A stretch of 38,988 bases of DNA from Octopus sinensis (lineage: Eukaryota), in assembly GCF_006345805.1 (NCBI RefSeq), contig NW_021835731.1, positions 1-38,988 on the forward strand. The letters run 5' to 3'. Each line of letters opens with the position of its first letter. The first letter of the stretch is position 1. The translations under genes and the position numbers were made by a program. Below the pieces are notes generated by a model. That model was not told the DNA's origin, searched no databases, and saw only the letters and a list, made by a program, of their open reading frames with translations. Below are positions 23,723 through 36,204 of this stretch, piece after piece.

Positions 23723-23869
23723 TACATTTTACGCCACCCCTTTTCTTTGCTGAATTCATAATGGGGACAAATAAATGATAAAATGAGAAGGAATGAGCAT
23801 TAAAACAAAAACGGCGACTCTAGAAAACAGCGGCACGCCAACACGGTAAATTTGAAAATGCGCTCCGAA

Positions 23870-23918
23870 ATCCATGCCGGAACGGATTTTCGATGGCCGG
23901 ATTTTCGAATGTCAACTG
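23870..23918. mobile_element. Possible pogo/Tigger-type single terminus
   Basis: Reverse complement TA-CAGTTGACATTCGAAAATCCGG with subterminal repeat CGGATTTTCGA x2. Partner terminus not found. Confidence 0.3.
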
Positions 23919-23999
23919 TACTTAATTCATCAATGCCGAAAGGATGATAGACAAAGTCGACCTCATCAGAATTTGAACTCTGAACGTATCGACGTAAAT

Positions 24000-25140
24000 A
24001 GCGTTAAGGATTTTGTCCGACGTGACATAGAACCAGAGCTTGTGTCTATTATTGGCATACTAACCTACCCGAGATACAAGATCTGTTTCAACACACCATT
24101 TCTCATCAAAATTGTTGCGAACCAAATGCAAAGATGAAATAAGAGTGTTCGCATCAAAAGGGAGGTAAATCTCTTATCTGGAATGCGACGACGTTTTGCA
24201 ACTCATTGCTGAGCTCCAGTTTTGCCACATCAGCTGCAAACCCGGGTTTCGCCGCTTTTAATGCAAACCAGAGGAAGATAAGTAAACAGCGGGTTTTGAC
24301 CAGCCTCCATCTGTCCGCACCGGTCGCCATCGAGACCTCACGTATTCTCAGAACCCACACTGTTGATTTCATTCGTAAAATCGGGAGAAATGAGCTCCGC
24401 GAGTTAGGGCTGTCTGTTGCAGCGATGGTCGCAGGCCATTCTCCGCGGCCACATCTTTGCTATTATGACCACGGGGCGCGGCTGAATACACCGTTTGGTT
24501 CCGCGTGTACAACCTGTTACTCCCTTCCCATGTATCGTTGCTTATTTCCCCCTTTTTCTTTGTTTCCTTGTCGAAGTAATTCCTGGGCTGCTGTTTCCGT
24601 GGTTGATTTATGATTTTAATTTTTTTGTCTACAGTGAAAGAAATTTCCGATAATTTAATCTTTTATGTTGTTATGTTTTGGGAGGGTCATTACACCAATA
24701 AAGATTATAGCACACGCACTGGTTCAATATCACTTCTTTATTGTCAGTCAATCGGTTAAATATCTAACCAACAAACTAATCGATAGTTTAACGTGTTTGT
24801 TAAACAATCTACCAGTTTTTAGTCAAAGTACTTTCGTCACTGTTAGCGACCTTCTCAGTATGGCCCCTCTCTCTCCAATTCTTTTTCTTTTCTTCTTTTC
24901 TTTTGCTTTTAATAAATCTATTTTTTTGTACATTCGTTGTTTTAAATTTTTTTTCAATTTGCTTCAAATCTTCAATTATTTTTCAATTTGTTTAAAATAT
25001 TTCCCATTATTTTCAGTGTTAAGTCACAAATTTCTGCTTCACAAGAGTTATCCCCCTTGCATAAAATTAAAAAGCATGATAAAAAGAAAAAAAAACAAAC
25101 TGCGACAGCGGAGAGCGACTGATTTTCTTCTCACCTAATT
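24000..25140 (-). other. Degenerate coding-like segment, possibly retroelement ORF1
   Basis: Non-microsatellite sequence with long partly open minus-strand frames (K/E-rich stretch, then ...KLELSNELQNVVAFQIR...). No motif firmly recognised. Confidence 0.25.
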
Positions 25141-25625
25141 TATTTTTGTAAGCTTCCGGTCATCTCTGGTCATTCTTTAATTTCTAACGGTCAGTTGGTA
25201 TATGTAGCAGCGTGGAGAAGACTTTTACTACCGAGTTGTACATCTTATGACTGAAATAGAGAGGAGGCGGTAAAGAAAGAAATAAAGAGCTAATTGGTTC
25301 AGGATGCAATTAATAATTAATGAATGTTTTTCTTTAATTAATTAGGGGTAGTGATTTGAAGTGGTTTTAATGTGTGTTGGTTGGAGATGGATGAACATTA
25401 CCAAACTCTATTGCTTAAGGTGTGTGGAGGAGAGTTTTACTGTATGGTGTGGAGTTTACATACAGGTATGTATGTATGCATGTATGTATGTATGTATGTA
25501 TGTATGTATGTATGTATGTATGTATGTATGTGTATGTATGTATGTATGTATGTATATATGTATGTGTGTATGTGTGTATGTATGTATGTATGTATGTATG
25601 TATGTATGTATGTATGTATGTATGT

Positions 25626-26175
25626 CAGGTTACTTTCGAGTGCTACTGGTAACATGTAACCCAGTACAACCTGTTGCATGGTCCGTTCGTCGGCGACTAA
25701 ACCGGCAACTCCACCAAGCTTGCTTGGTGAGGAGGGTGTTTGTTGGACACCCTGCGGGAAGAAAAACAAAACCCGTCAAAGGGTGGAGGAACTCTTGAGA
25801 GTCAACGGCCATCCAATAAATGTCTTAAGGCTGTATCATGCGCGGGGACATAGAAATAATCGGACTAAATACCCGATCGCGCGGTTAAACCATTGGGAGT
25901 GAAGGACTCCTAGCCTTTGTTAGGGCATCCTTCTAGGAGAAGGTAACTCAGGTAACTGGGATAACTCCGACATAAAACCTGCAGCTCAGTGGTTACCGAT
26001 GATGTTGACTTGTTCTTCTTTTCGGATTATGGCTGCTGTTGCTTAGTGAGTGGGATTGACTCAGTGCACAGCCTCTCCTCACTTTAAAAAAGATCTTCTT
26101 GAACAGACATTGCACGATAACAAATTGATTAAGCTTCGTGCAATGGCCATATTCGATAACGAGGGGGCAGCCACC
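25626..26175 (+). mobile_element. RTE-like non-autonomous retroposon in (TATG)n
   Basis: GGGCATCCTTCTAGGAGAAGGTAACTC resembles RTE 5' UTR motifs. Flanked by (TATG)n on both sides (25466-25625 and 26176-26200). Confidence 0.45.
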
Positions 26176-26257
26176 ATGTATGTATGTATGTATGCATGCA
26201 TACACACTCGCACACATATACATGTTTTCTTTTTAAGTATGTATATATGTATGTGTA

Positions 26258-26460
26258 TATCATATAAAATCCGTTCTGTCTGTCTGTGTGTGTGTGTGTT
26301 CTCGGATCTCGGGCATCCTCCATCCAATTGTGCTCAAATTTGATGTGTAGATACCGACGGTATCAGGGCGTGTATAAGTCTTGAAAAAAATCATAAAATG
26401 CGAGAATGTGAGAATGCGATCGATAAAGCCGTGGGAACGTGCACGTTTCTTTCCTGCCAA
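26258..26460 (+). mobile_element. Helitron-like 5' fragment
   Basis: ATCATATAAAATCCGTTCTGTCTGTCTGTG...CCAATTGTGCTCAAATTTG resembles short-Helitron 5' regions. No CTAG end seen. Confidence 0.45.
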
Positions 26461-26631
26461 GCTTACTGTTTAAACCATGTTTGTGTTCTCCCAGTCAACA
26501 GCCTTATCATTACTGGTACTTTAAACTCTTCGGTTGCATATTTGTGTGAATAAAATCGTTTATTCTTTGGAATAGAAAAAAAAGTATATCCTTATTTCTT
26601 CTTTTGCTGGTGTCTCAAATTTAGGTTATAA

Positions 26632-26692
26632 CAGTGTTTCTCAAAGGGGAGGCCCATGGGACGGTCGGACAAGTTTTTTTGAGAAAATTTGG
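26632..26692. mobile_element. Possible hAT-type mini remnant
   Basis: CAGTGTTTCTCAAA start with partial inverted TTTGAGAAA ~50 bp later. Confidence 0.3.
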
Positions 26693-26746
26693 TTTAAATG
26701 TTTGACAACTCCGTTGGACGGGGGATGGGGTGGCGTTTTGCTCGTA

Positions 26747-26841
<95 letters not shown>

Positions 26842-26865
26842 CTTATTTACTTATTGTGCTATATA

Positions 26866-26982
26866 TTCGGTTGTCAAGAAAGTTCTTGCGGTTTTTAACC
26901 TTTAAATTCAGATGCACATATCTCGGCTCAAACACAACTTTATTAATTGAAATAAGCACCATCAGAATGAAAACTACTTTAA
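26866..26982 (-). mobile_element. mariner 3' end fragment
   Basis: TA-TTCGGTTGTCAAGAAAGTTCTTGCGGTTTT mariner-type TIR; minus strand SDGAYFN* resembles a transposase end. Confidence 0.5.
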
Positions 26983-27051
26983 TAATATACAGTGTACCGA
27001 CAGCGAAGGAATGCACCTTGGAAGTCGTCTCTCAAACAGAGACAACTATAT

Positions 27052-27087
<36 letters not shown>

Positions 27088-27102
27088 ATAATAATATATA
27101 TA

Positions 27103-27315
27103 CCATTTAACGTACACAGTATAAAGTTACGAACTACTAACAGTTTTTTGCTGAGAAGACATGTGTCTAGGCAGATTCTGATAGCACACTTTGTGTCTCG
27201 AAACCAGAAGATTGCTTGTGTACAAAAGACGTGTTATAAAAACCTGCCTAGACACGTGTCTTCACAGCAAGAAACTATCAGTGGCTGATATCTTTGTAAT
27301 GTGTACATTAAATGG
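27103..27315. mobile_element. Foldback MITE with 72-bp inverted arms
   Basis: 27103-27174 is the ungapped imperfect reverse complement of 27244-27315; 69-bp spacer. Confidence 0.8.
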
Positions 27316-27540
27316 TTTTTTTTTCTGTCAGTGAATGAAGTCCTTTTTGGTTGATCTTAATCGAATGGAACAGTAAACTATGTATGTGTGTGTGTGTGTG
27401 TATGTGTATCTGTGTATCTATGTATTTAAGTGTATGCGCATGTGTCTGTGTGAATATATATATGTATAATGTATATATATATATATGTTATATATGTATG
27501 TGTGGCATATATATATACATAATGTATATATATGTGTGTA

Positions 27541-27572
<32 letters not shown>

Positions 27573-27773
27573 TATATCTATATATATATATATATATATA
27601 CAAAATAAGAAAATGGAGAAATACACCTTAATCAATAATCAACTACCAGATAGTACCCAATCACATAATTTATTAAACCACTACATATGAACATCAAGGT
27701 CAAACATAATAGTATAGAACAAAACAATGCACATCAATGAGTATTATGATACAATATGTACAATCCCTATCTC

Positions 27774-27823
<50 letters not shown>

Positions 27824-27872
27824 GTATATGTATCTATGTATGTATGTATGTATGTATGTATGTATGTATATG

Positions 27873-27992
<120 letters not shown>

Positions 27993-28153
27993 CAATTATA
28001 ATAAAAACAATTTCTATACTTTTGTAGAATACAAATTTATTATACTTAAACAAGAACATTGTTGACAGTGACTTCGAAGCTTCGCCCAGCTAAATCACAG
28101 ACGGACACAGAGAGAAATAAAGAGAGAGGGAGGGTCAGAGAGACAGACAGAGA

Positions 28154-28195
<42 letters not shown>

Positions 28196-28909
28196 CTCAT
28201 CAAAAAAATATACATAACACATTAATTTTAATACATTTAAACAACCACAAAACGTCAACAAGAACATCAAAAGATAAGAATATTAAACCAAAAATTTCGG
28301 TTCTATTTTAACAGAAAGTTTTACTCTGAAAAAGAAAAAAAAAAAAAAAAAAAACCAGAAAACAAAACAACCAATAAATAAATATAAATACAAATTTTTC
28401 TTTTAAATTCGTCTCAAAGAATCATCTTTTATTTCGTATAAAAATTACCATTTTATTTCACAAGTTGTTTTTATTCTAATTCACATCCATATTATTTCAC
28501 GTTAAATTGTATTTGATATATTTTATTTTTAACTTCAAATCATATCGTATTTATCTTCAAATTATATTTTTTATTTGCTATAAAATATATATTTCTTTAA
28601 AATTTAATTATATTTTATTTTATTATATTCCAATTTTTATCTGTAAACTATCAAACTATATCATTCTGTTTTCCTTAAATAATTAATTATTATTAATTAT
28701 TCGTAATTATTATTGTTGCTTATTGTTTTCATTTTTGTTTTTGTTGAAGAATTTCGAGAAAGATCGGAAGAAATTAGTGAAAATTAAAGAGATTTAAAGA
28801 TAAATAAAAGTAAATTATTACAACAAAAATGTAATATTTTGTTTGTTTCTGTGAATTTATAATTGATTGGATTTTAATTTTTACAAAGAAACGATGAATA
28901 TACCTGTGT

Positions 28910-29760
28910 ATGTGCGTGTGTGCGTGTGTATGTGTGCGTGTGTGCGTGTGTATGTGTGCGTGTGTGTGTGCTGTCTATGCGAGTGCATGTGCGTGTATGC
29001 GTGTATGTATGTGTGCGCGCGTGTAAGAGAGTGTATGTGCGTGCATGCATGAGTGTGTGTGTGCACGTATGTGTGCGTGTGTATGCGTTTGTTTGCTGGT
29101 GTACGTGCGTGTATGTGCGTGTATGCGTGTGTATGTGAGTGTATGTGTGTGTGCGCGCATGTAAGAGGGCGTATGTGCGTGTATGCATGTGTGTGTGTGT
29201 GTGTGCATGTGTGTGTATGCGTCTATTTGCTGGTGTACGTGCGATTATGTGTACGTGTGTGTCTGTGTGTGTGTATATGTGCGTATATGCGTGTGTGTGT
29301 GCGCTCGCACGTATATGATAGTGTGTGGGTGTATGCATGTGTGCGCGTGTGTATGCGAGTGTATATGTGTGTATGCGTATGTGTATGTGCACGCGCGCGT
29401 GTACGAGAATGGATGTGCGTGTATGCGTGTGCGCGTGTGTGCCTGTGTATGTGTATGCAGTTGTATATGAACGTATGTCTCTGTGTGTGTGTGCACGTGC
29501 GAGTGTATGTGTGTATGCGTGCGCGTGTGTACGCGAGTGTAGATGTGTACGTAAGAAAGTGTATGTGTGTGTGTGCCTGTGCATGTGTGCGTATGTGCAT
29601 ATACACGCATGTGCATACATGCGCGTATGTGTACGTGTCTGCATTTTCATATATACATGTATGAGTGTGTATGTGCATATAAGCATGTGTATGTGTGTGT
29701 ATGTGAGTAAATGGGCGAATGCATATGTAAGTGTGCATCCGAATGTATGTCACGTATCTG
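28910..29760. repeat. Degenerate (GT/GC/AT) alternating purine-pyrimidine tract
   Basis: Direct reading; source of many H/T- and C/V-rich pseudo-ORFs. Confidence 0.95.
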
Positions 29761-29785
29761 TGTGTTCGTTATATTATATCTCACG

Positions 29786-30192
29786 TAAGGTGGCGAGTTG
29801 GCTGAATCGTTAGCACAACGGGCGAAATGCGTGGGCCGTATTTCGTCTGCCGTTACGTTCTGAGTTCAAATTACGCCGAGGTCGACTTTGCCTTTCATCC
29901 TTTCGGGGTCGATTAAATAAGTACCAGTTACGCACTGGGGTCGATATAATCGATTTAATCCGTTTGCCTGTCCTTGTTTGTCCTCTCTGTGCTTAGCCCC
30001 TTGTGGGTAGTAAAGAAATAGGTATTTTGCCTGTCTTTACGTCCTTAGTTCAAATTCCGCCGAGGATGACATTGCTTTTAATCCTTTCGGGGTCGCTAAA
30101 TTAAGTACCAGTTGCGTATTTGGGTCGATCTGATCAACTGGCTGTCTCCCCGAAAATTTCGGGCCTTGTGCCTAGAATAGAAAAGAATATTA
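29786..30192 (+). mobile_element. SINE family 2 with 2 modules
   Basis: AAGTACC at 29919 and 30103 (period 184); head and tail present. Confidence 0.85.
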
Positions 30193-30196
30193 TATT

Positions 30197-30230
<34 letters not shown>

Positions 30231-30561
30231 ACATGTGCGCTTCTTTTTTATGTGTGTGCGTGTGTCCGCCTTTTTGTATGTCTTAATGTATGAGCATTTA
30301 GCTCAATGTGTGTACGTGCATACGTTATAAATGTGTGTAACGCATGAAAGTGAGTACGCGTCTCTCTCCCTGTTATTCTCTCTCTCTTTCTCTCTCTTTT
30401 TTTCTTTAGACACACACACATACACACACAAACACACACATACACGCATACACACACACACAGAGGTGAGCACATAAGTGCAAACCAAGGGTCGACTTGT
30501 TCGACTAAAATCCAGCATGGTCATATTCAGATGACTTAAGTAAAAAAATAGAAGAATATAT

Positions 30562-30616
<55 letters not shown>

Positions 30617-30637
30617 CACACACACACATATATATAT

Positions 30638-30940
30638 GCTCAGGTGTGGGTGTGTGGTAAGAAGCTTGCTTCCTAACCACCAGGTTCCGGGTTCAGTCTT
30701 TGGGCCGACCAAAGCTTTGTGAGTGGATTAGACAAAAACTGAAAGAAGTCATATTTATATATATATATGTATATATTATTCCCTACCATCGCTTGATAGT
30801 CGATGTGGGTGTGTTTACGTCCCCGTAACCTAGCGGTTCAGCAAAAGGAACCGATAGAGTAAGTCCCGGGGTCGATTTGTTCGACTAAGGGCGATACTCC
30901 AACAAGGCCGCAATTAAATGACTGAAACAAGAAAAAGAAT
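30638..30940 (+). mobile_element. SINE family 1 with internal deletions
   Basis: Head, microsatellite and tail recognisable. Confidence 0.75.
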
Positions 30941-30953
30941 ATATATGTATATA

Positions 30954-32159
30954 TTAGGTTGTTTCACATGAGATGTCGTATTTGAAAGGTAACAAGGAAA
31001 TGTTTCACAAGTGTTAGAAGAATTGATTTATTTAATCAAAGTATGATCCATGTTCATTTATGATGTTTACCCAACGTTTCTCTATGTCATATATTCCACC
31101 TTAAAAAAAAAGTTAATCTTTTGCTGTGATAAACTGTCCGAATGCTTCAATTACCTCTTCTCTATTTAAGAATGTTTTATTGCTTATGTAAAGCCCAAAA
31201 TGCTTAAATAAGTGATGATCAGTAGGAGAGATATCATGGGGATAGGGAGGATGTTGCAAAATCTCATAATTTAGGCTTTGCAACTTTTGGTCCATAGCTT
31301 GAGAAGTGTGAGCACGTGCATTTTCGTGGAGCAAAATTGGGCCTTCTCTATTCACAAGTCTGGGTTGCTTCTTTCTTAAATACTCATGCATACAATCAAT
31401 TTCCTGGCATTGCTGTTACCGTTTTTCCTTGTTGTAAAGATGAATAATGAATAACTCCCTTCGCAGACCATCATACAATGACCACTAACATTTTAGGGTG
31501 CAATGGGTAGTGTTTAGGTGACTCTCCTGCATTTAATCACTGTCCTATTCTCCCGCTGTTGTTAAAGCGTATCCATTTCTCATCACAAGTAATGATTTGA
31601 TGTAAAAAAATGTCTTTTTTCCAGTCGAGAAAGCAACAAGGAGCACACTTCGAGAAGTCTGTTTCTTTGAAACTCGTTCAGTTGATGTGGAACAAAAATA
31701 TCCATTTCCTTGACTTTTCTAATATTTCACAGGTGTCCAAAAACAGTTGTGCGAAATGTTTTAAGTTCTGATGAAAGTTTTCGAACCTTTGTTCTCGGAT
31801 TTTTTTTAACCAAAGCATTTAATCCATCATACCGAATAACTGATTTTGGCCTACCCCTGGGTTTATTTTTCGAGGCTATCATATCCCGAACGAGATGTCA
31901 ACAAAACCATTACCAAAGGCCCATTTGATATTCCGTAGAGCTTCTGCGGCAGAGTGACCCAGTTTGTACTCATACAAGAAAATCACTCAACATAGTTTGG
32001 TTGTTATCATTTTCTTAAGGTCGGTGGATACGAATTTTATATACCAATATTGTTGGGGAAGGAAAAGAGTCAAGATTAAATGCATGGGTATACATAATTG
32101 AATTTTTAAATGACTGAAATAACAATTAAAAATGCGACATTTCATGTGAAACAATCTAA
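30954..32159 (-). mobile_element. Decayed mariner (cecropia/mellifera-like), ~1.2 kb
   Basis: TIRs TTAG(G/A)TTGTTTCACATGA(G/A)ATGTCG. Minus-strand remnants FVPHQLN, IITCDEKWI, LHENARAH, HPPYPHDISPTDHHLF with many stops and frameshifts. Confidence 0.88.
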
Positions 32160-32329
32160 AATATACGTTATGCGTGCAAAAAGACATCCTGTATTAATAA
32201 TAGTAAGGTAGCAGTGTGAGGAGACGCTAGAAGGAAGGGAGAGGAAAGAGAGAGAGAGAGAGACAGAGAGAGAGACAGAGAGAGACAGAGAGAGAATGGG
32301 GGAAATAGAAGGAAGTAATGTAGAGGTAA

Positions 32330-33120
32330 GAAGAAGTATGATGGAGATGGAATCAGAGATGGAGAGAGTAATGAGTAAAATAGATGAGGGAGAGCAACAA
32401 GAACAACAATGAGTACCAGAACATCACTGATGCGGCTGCAACTACTACCACGACCAGCGCTACCACAAATAGCAATGCCATTGACCACGACGACGACGAC
32501 GACGACGACGACCATCATCATCATCAGCAACGCCACCACAACCATCACCACCTGTCACCACCACCTTCCCGCCATCACTCCCACTCCCACCTTTACCATC
32601 ACCACCATCACCACTACACCAACACCAACACCACCACCGTTATCACCGCCACCACCACCACCACCACCACAATCACCACCGCCGCCACCACCACCACCAC
32701 AACCACCACCGCCGCCACCACCACCACCACCATCGCCATCACCACGCCCAACACCGCCAACACCTCCGCCACTGCCGCCGCCGACGCCTCCACTACCACC
32801 ACCACTACCAACCGCTACCGCCACTACTGCCACAACCATTGCTGTCATCACCACCGACACCATCCCCATCATCACCCCCCACCGCCACCGCCGATACCAC
32901 GACCATCGCCTCCATCACCATCACCACCGCCATTCTCCCCCTCCGACACCCTATGGGGTTCAGATCACTATCACGTGGTGTATTGAGGATTTTGTGTTCT
33001 TGTTCCACCCTGGAGATTTGAAGAATAGATTCGGAAAGAATTGATTTTAAAATAGCTTTAAGAACAACAACAACAACAACAGCAGCGATAAAAACAACAT
33101 CAACAACAACAACAACAATA
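32330..33120. repeat. (CAC/CCA/CAA)n trinucleotide low-complexity region
   Basis: Direct reading; source of Pro/Thr/His-rich pseudo-ORFs. Confidence 0.9.
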
Positions 33121-33581
33121 ACAGCGGTGGTAACTATAGTAACACATGCTGACGAAGCTGCAGTTGAGTTACTCGGCCTGCTAGAAATAGTAACCAAATC
33201 TTCCCCAAATACTTAACGTCCTACAAAACAGAAATAGTCACAAGGAACTTTTATTGAACATAAGGCACCAAAAAATAAGACTGGGTGGCCACGGCTAGAA
33301 CATGAGTAAGGGATATTTCTCATAATACGTGCGAAGTCTGACAGAGAACGGCAGTAGCCGTGAGGGCTGTTAAATACCTATAAAGGTGTTTTAGAGCAGG
33401 CCTGGGGAAGATTTTTTTCTTAAAAGATTGGCAGTTGTTCATCATACAATGTTCCTTTTCTCATAGCACAGATATTTATCCAAGGTGCTAAGGTGTGTTG
33501 GCCGGTTTGGGCCGATTCTCTTCGTGATCACTATTGTTGCACACTTTTCATCAGAACCCAAAGAATCGGGAACAGATCCTA

Positions 33582-33832
33582 TTAGGTTGGTGCATAATTA
33601 TTGCAGCTTTTTTTCCAAAAAATTTATTCAACAAAAACAATAACAATATTTAACAAAAGCATCTTTAAATGACGGCCTGACCGTCTGCCAAGCAAATGGG
33701 AAGCAGTAATTGAAGTAGATGGTGAATATGCTCCGGAATAATCATTTAAATATGTTTTTGTTACATGTTGTTATTGCTTTTGTTGAATAAAATCTGTTGA
33801 AAAAAACCCGCTATAAATATGCATAAACCCAA
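33582..33832 (+). mobile_element. mariner MITE (Hsmar1-like TIR), 251 bp
   Basis: TA-TTAGGTTGGTGCATAATTATTGC...GCTATAAATATGCATAAACCCAA-TA, long inverted arms, core encodes RLPSKWEAVIEVDGEYAPE* (33682-33741). Confidence 0.8.
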
Positions 33833-33989
33833 TAAAAGCTATTATTCTCAACCCTTTTGAGGTTTTGCTAATCGACCGCCCTTGGATTCGCAAGTTTTTT
33901 TTTTCATCGGCCCCGGAAAAATAGAAGACAAAGTTGAATTTGATGAGATTTGAACTCGAGTGCAAAAAATTGGAACAAAGAATTTTTTA

Positions 33990-34942
33990 TTTTCTTTTCT
34001 ACTCTGGGCACAAGAACCGAAATTTTTGGGGAGGGGGCCAGTCGATTAGATTGACTCCAGTACGCAACCAGTACTTAATTTATCGACCCCGAAAGGATGA
34101 AGGCAAAGTCGGGCTCGACGGAATTTGAACTCAGAACGTAAAGACAGACGGAATACCCATTTCTTTACTACCCACAAGGGGCTAAACACAGTGGGGACAA
34201 ACAAGGACAGATAAACGGATTAAGTCGATCAGATCGACCCCAGTGCGTAACTGGTACTTAATTTATCGACCCCGAAAGGATGAGAGGTAAAGTCGACCTC
34301 GGCGGAATTTGAACTCAGAACGTAAAGACAGACGGAATACCTATTTCTTTACTACCCACAAGGGGCTAAACACAGTGGGGACAAACAAGGACAGATAAAC
34401 GGATTAAGTCGATCAGAGCGACCCCAGTGCGTAACTGGTACTTAATTTATCGACCCCGAAAGGATGAGAGGTAAAGTCGACCTCGGCGGAATTTGAACTC
34501 AGAACGTAAAGACAGACGGAATACCCATTTCTTTACTACCCACAAGGGGCTAAACACAGTGGGGACAAACAAGGACAGACAAACGGATTAAGTCGATCAG
34601 ATCGACCCCAGTGCGTAACTGGTACTTAATTTATCGACCCCGAAAGGATGAGAGGTAAAGTCGACCTCGGCGGAATTTGAACTCAGAACGTAAAGACAGA
34701 CGGAATAGCCATTTCTTTACTACCCACAAGGAGCTAAACACAGTGGGGACAAACAAGGACAGACAAACGGATTAAGTCGATCAGAGCGATCCCAGTGCGT
34801 AACTGGTACTTAATTTATCGACCCCGAAAGGATGAGAGGCAAAGTCGACCTCGGCGGAATTTGAACTCAGAACGTATCGGCAGACGAAATACGGCTACGC
34901 ATTTCGCCCGGCGTACTAACGATTCTGCCAGCTCGCCGCCTT
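33990..34942 (-). mobile_element. SINE family 2 with 5 domain copies (4 full 184-bp repeats)
   Basis: Unit starts at ~34062, 34246, 34430, 34614, 34798; head 34850-34942; tail ~33990-34060. Confidence 0.9.
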
Positions 34943-35580
34943 TTACAGGAAAAATAATAATAGTAACATGGACACTGACGATAAAACTAGAAAACTGTAA
35001 TTATCTCCCTTCTCTAAGCCCCAGCAACAGTACATCAACGCAGTTACAAGCTCCGTCATTGGAGGAGACATGAGTAGATTTGATACATCCTGGTTTTCAA
35101 ATAAAACAGTTAACAAACGAAGCAACCAAATAACATCACAAACTTCTTTTATATTCTAAACAAACAACACTTTCTGTTTTACACACCTAATTATTACAAT
35201 CACCTGGTGAACGACTCCCCGTCTTTTTCGTTTTCCGCGGTGTATCAATGAAGAACGCAAAAATACTCCTACAAATTTCAAGAAAGAGCAATCTAACGAG
35301 ATCCATCAAGAAAGGGAATCAAGATTCTTCAGGATTGATCAATATTACGATCACCAGCTGTACAGTACAGACAATAAAATATTTAGAGATGCACCCAACA
35401 TATGTACCCCTTAAACCAACATAATAAATGAAAGCTCGGTTATCTGCCGAGATTAGCCAACTTCATAAAAGTCAGTAACAACCTCGAACACAATATATAA
35501 CTTAGAATCTTCGTGAGATGTAACAATCCATTTTCAATAACAGACCTCGAAATAGATAAGGCTATATATATATATATATA

Positions 35581-35979
35581 AAGCTACAGTAACACCCACC
35601 CCTAGTGGTTAGCCATATTGAGATGGCTAGTATACTTTACGTTGTCGAGCGCTTACTGTTTACATCTCGCTCAGAGATTTATTATTGCTTTCAGACCGTT
35701 TTTCGAAATCAGTGACAGTGGTTACTGGGAAAAAACATTAAATAGATATTCGCAAACAGGTGATTAGCGTGTGTTGACAAGAGACAATAATCTCGAAACT
35801 GCAGTCCATGCGTATCACTTAGGTTTTCGAGAGGGGATGACCTCCCTTTGCAAATATCATAAGGGCACAGAAATTGTGTCTAAAGCCAGCTGGAGACGAT
35901 GATCTCCTGGGGCTAAAAAGCTACAGTAACACCCACCTCTAGTGGTTAGCCATATTGAGATGGCTAGTATACTTTACGT
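35581..35979 (+). mobile_element. Small element with 62-bp direct terminal repeats in (TA)n
   Basis: 35581-35642 and 35918-35979 differ at one base; (TA)n on both flanks; hammerhead-like fold at 35758-35820. Confidence 0.7.
35758..35820 (+). ncRNA. Hammerhead-ribozyme-like motif (type I, non-canonical core)
   Basis: Stem I 35758-35773 pairs with 35807-35820 (2-nt bulge, several G-U). Core TTGACAAGA, stem II GAGA/TCTC, GAAAC-TGCA-GTC. Core differs from CUGANGA by C>U and 2 extra nt. Confidence 0.4.
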
Positions 35980-36204
35980 ATATATATATATATAATTACG
36001 TGCAAATATTGTGTATAGAAATATTTACACGCTGCTAAAAAATGTAATAAACAAAATAATTAACAACAACAACAGTGATAGCATATCACATGTTATGATA
36101 ACTAAAAATAACATACCTGCAGTACAAAAGCCAGCAAGTTAATTCAATATTTCTGGGAGTCTTGTCAAAAAATCCATACGAAGAAACACGAGTAAAAGAT
36201 TCCC

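Noticed and set aside
34062-34797. 184-bp array as a CRISPR array
   Set aside because: Repeats are contiguous with no unique spacers, are SINE-derived, and the context is eukaryotic.
35200-35440. Possible exon on either strand
   Set aside because: Minus-strand acceptor-to-donor interval has stops in all three phases; the plus-strand open frame has no recognisable motif or start.
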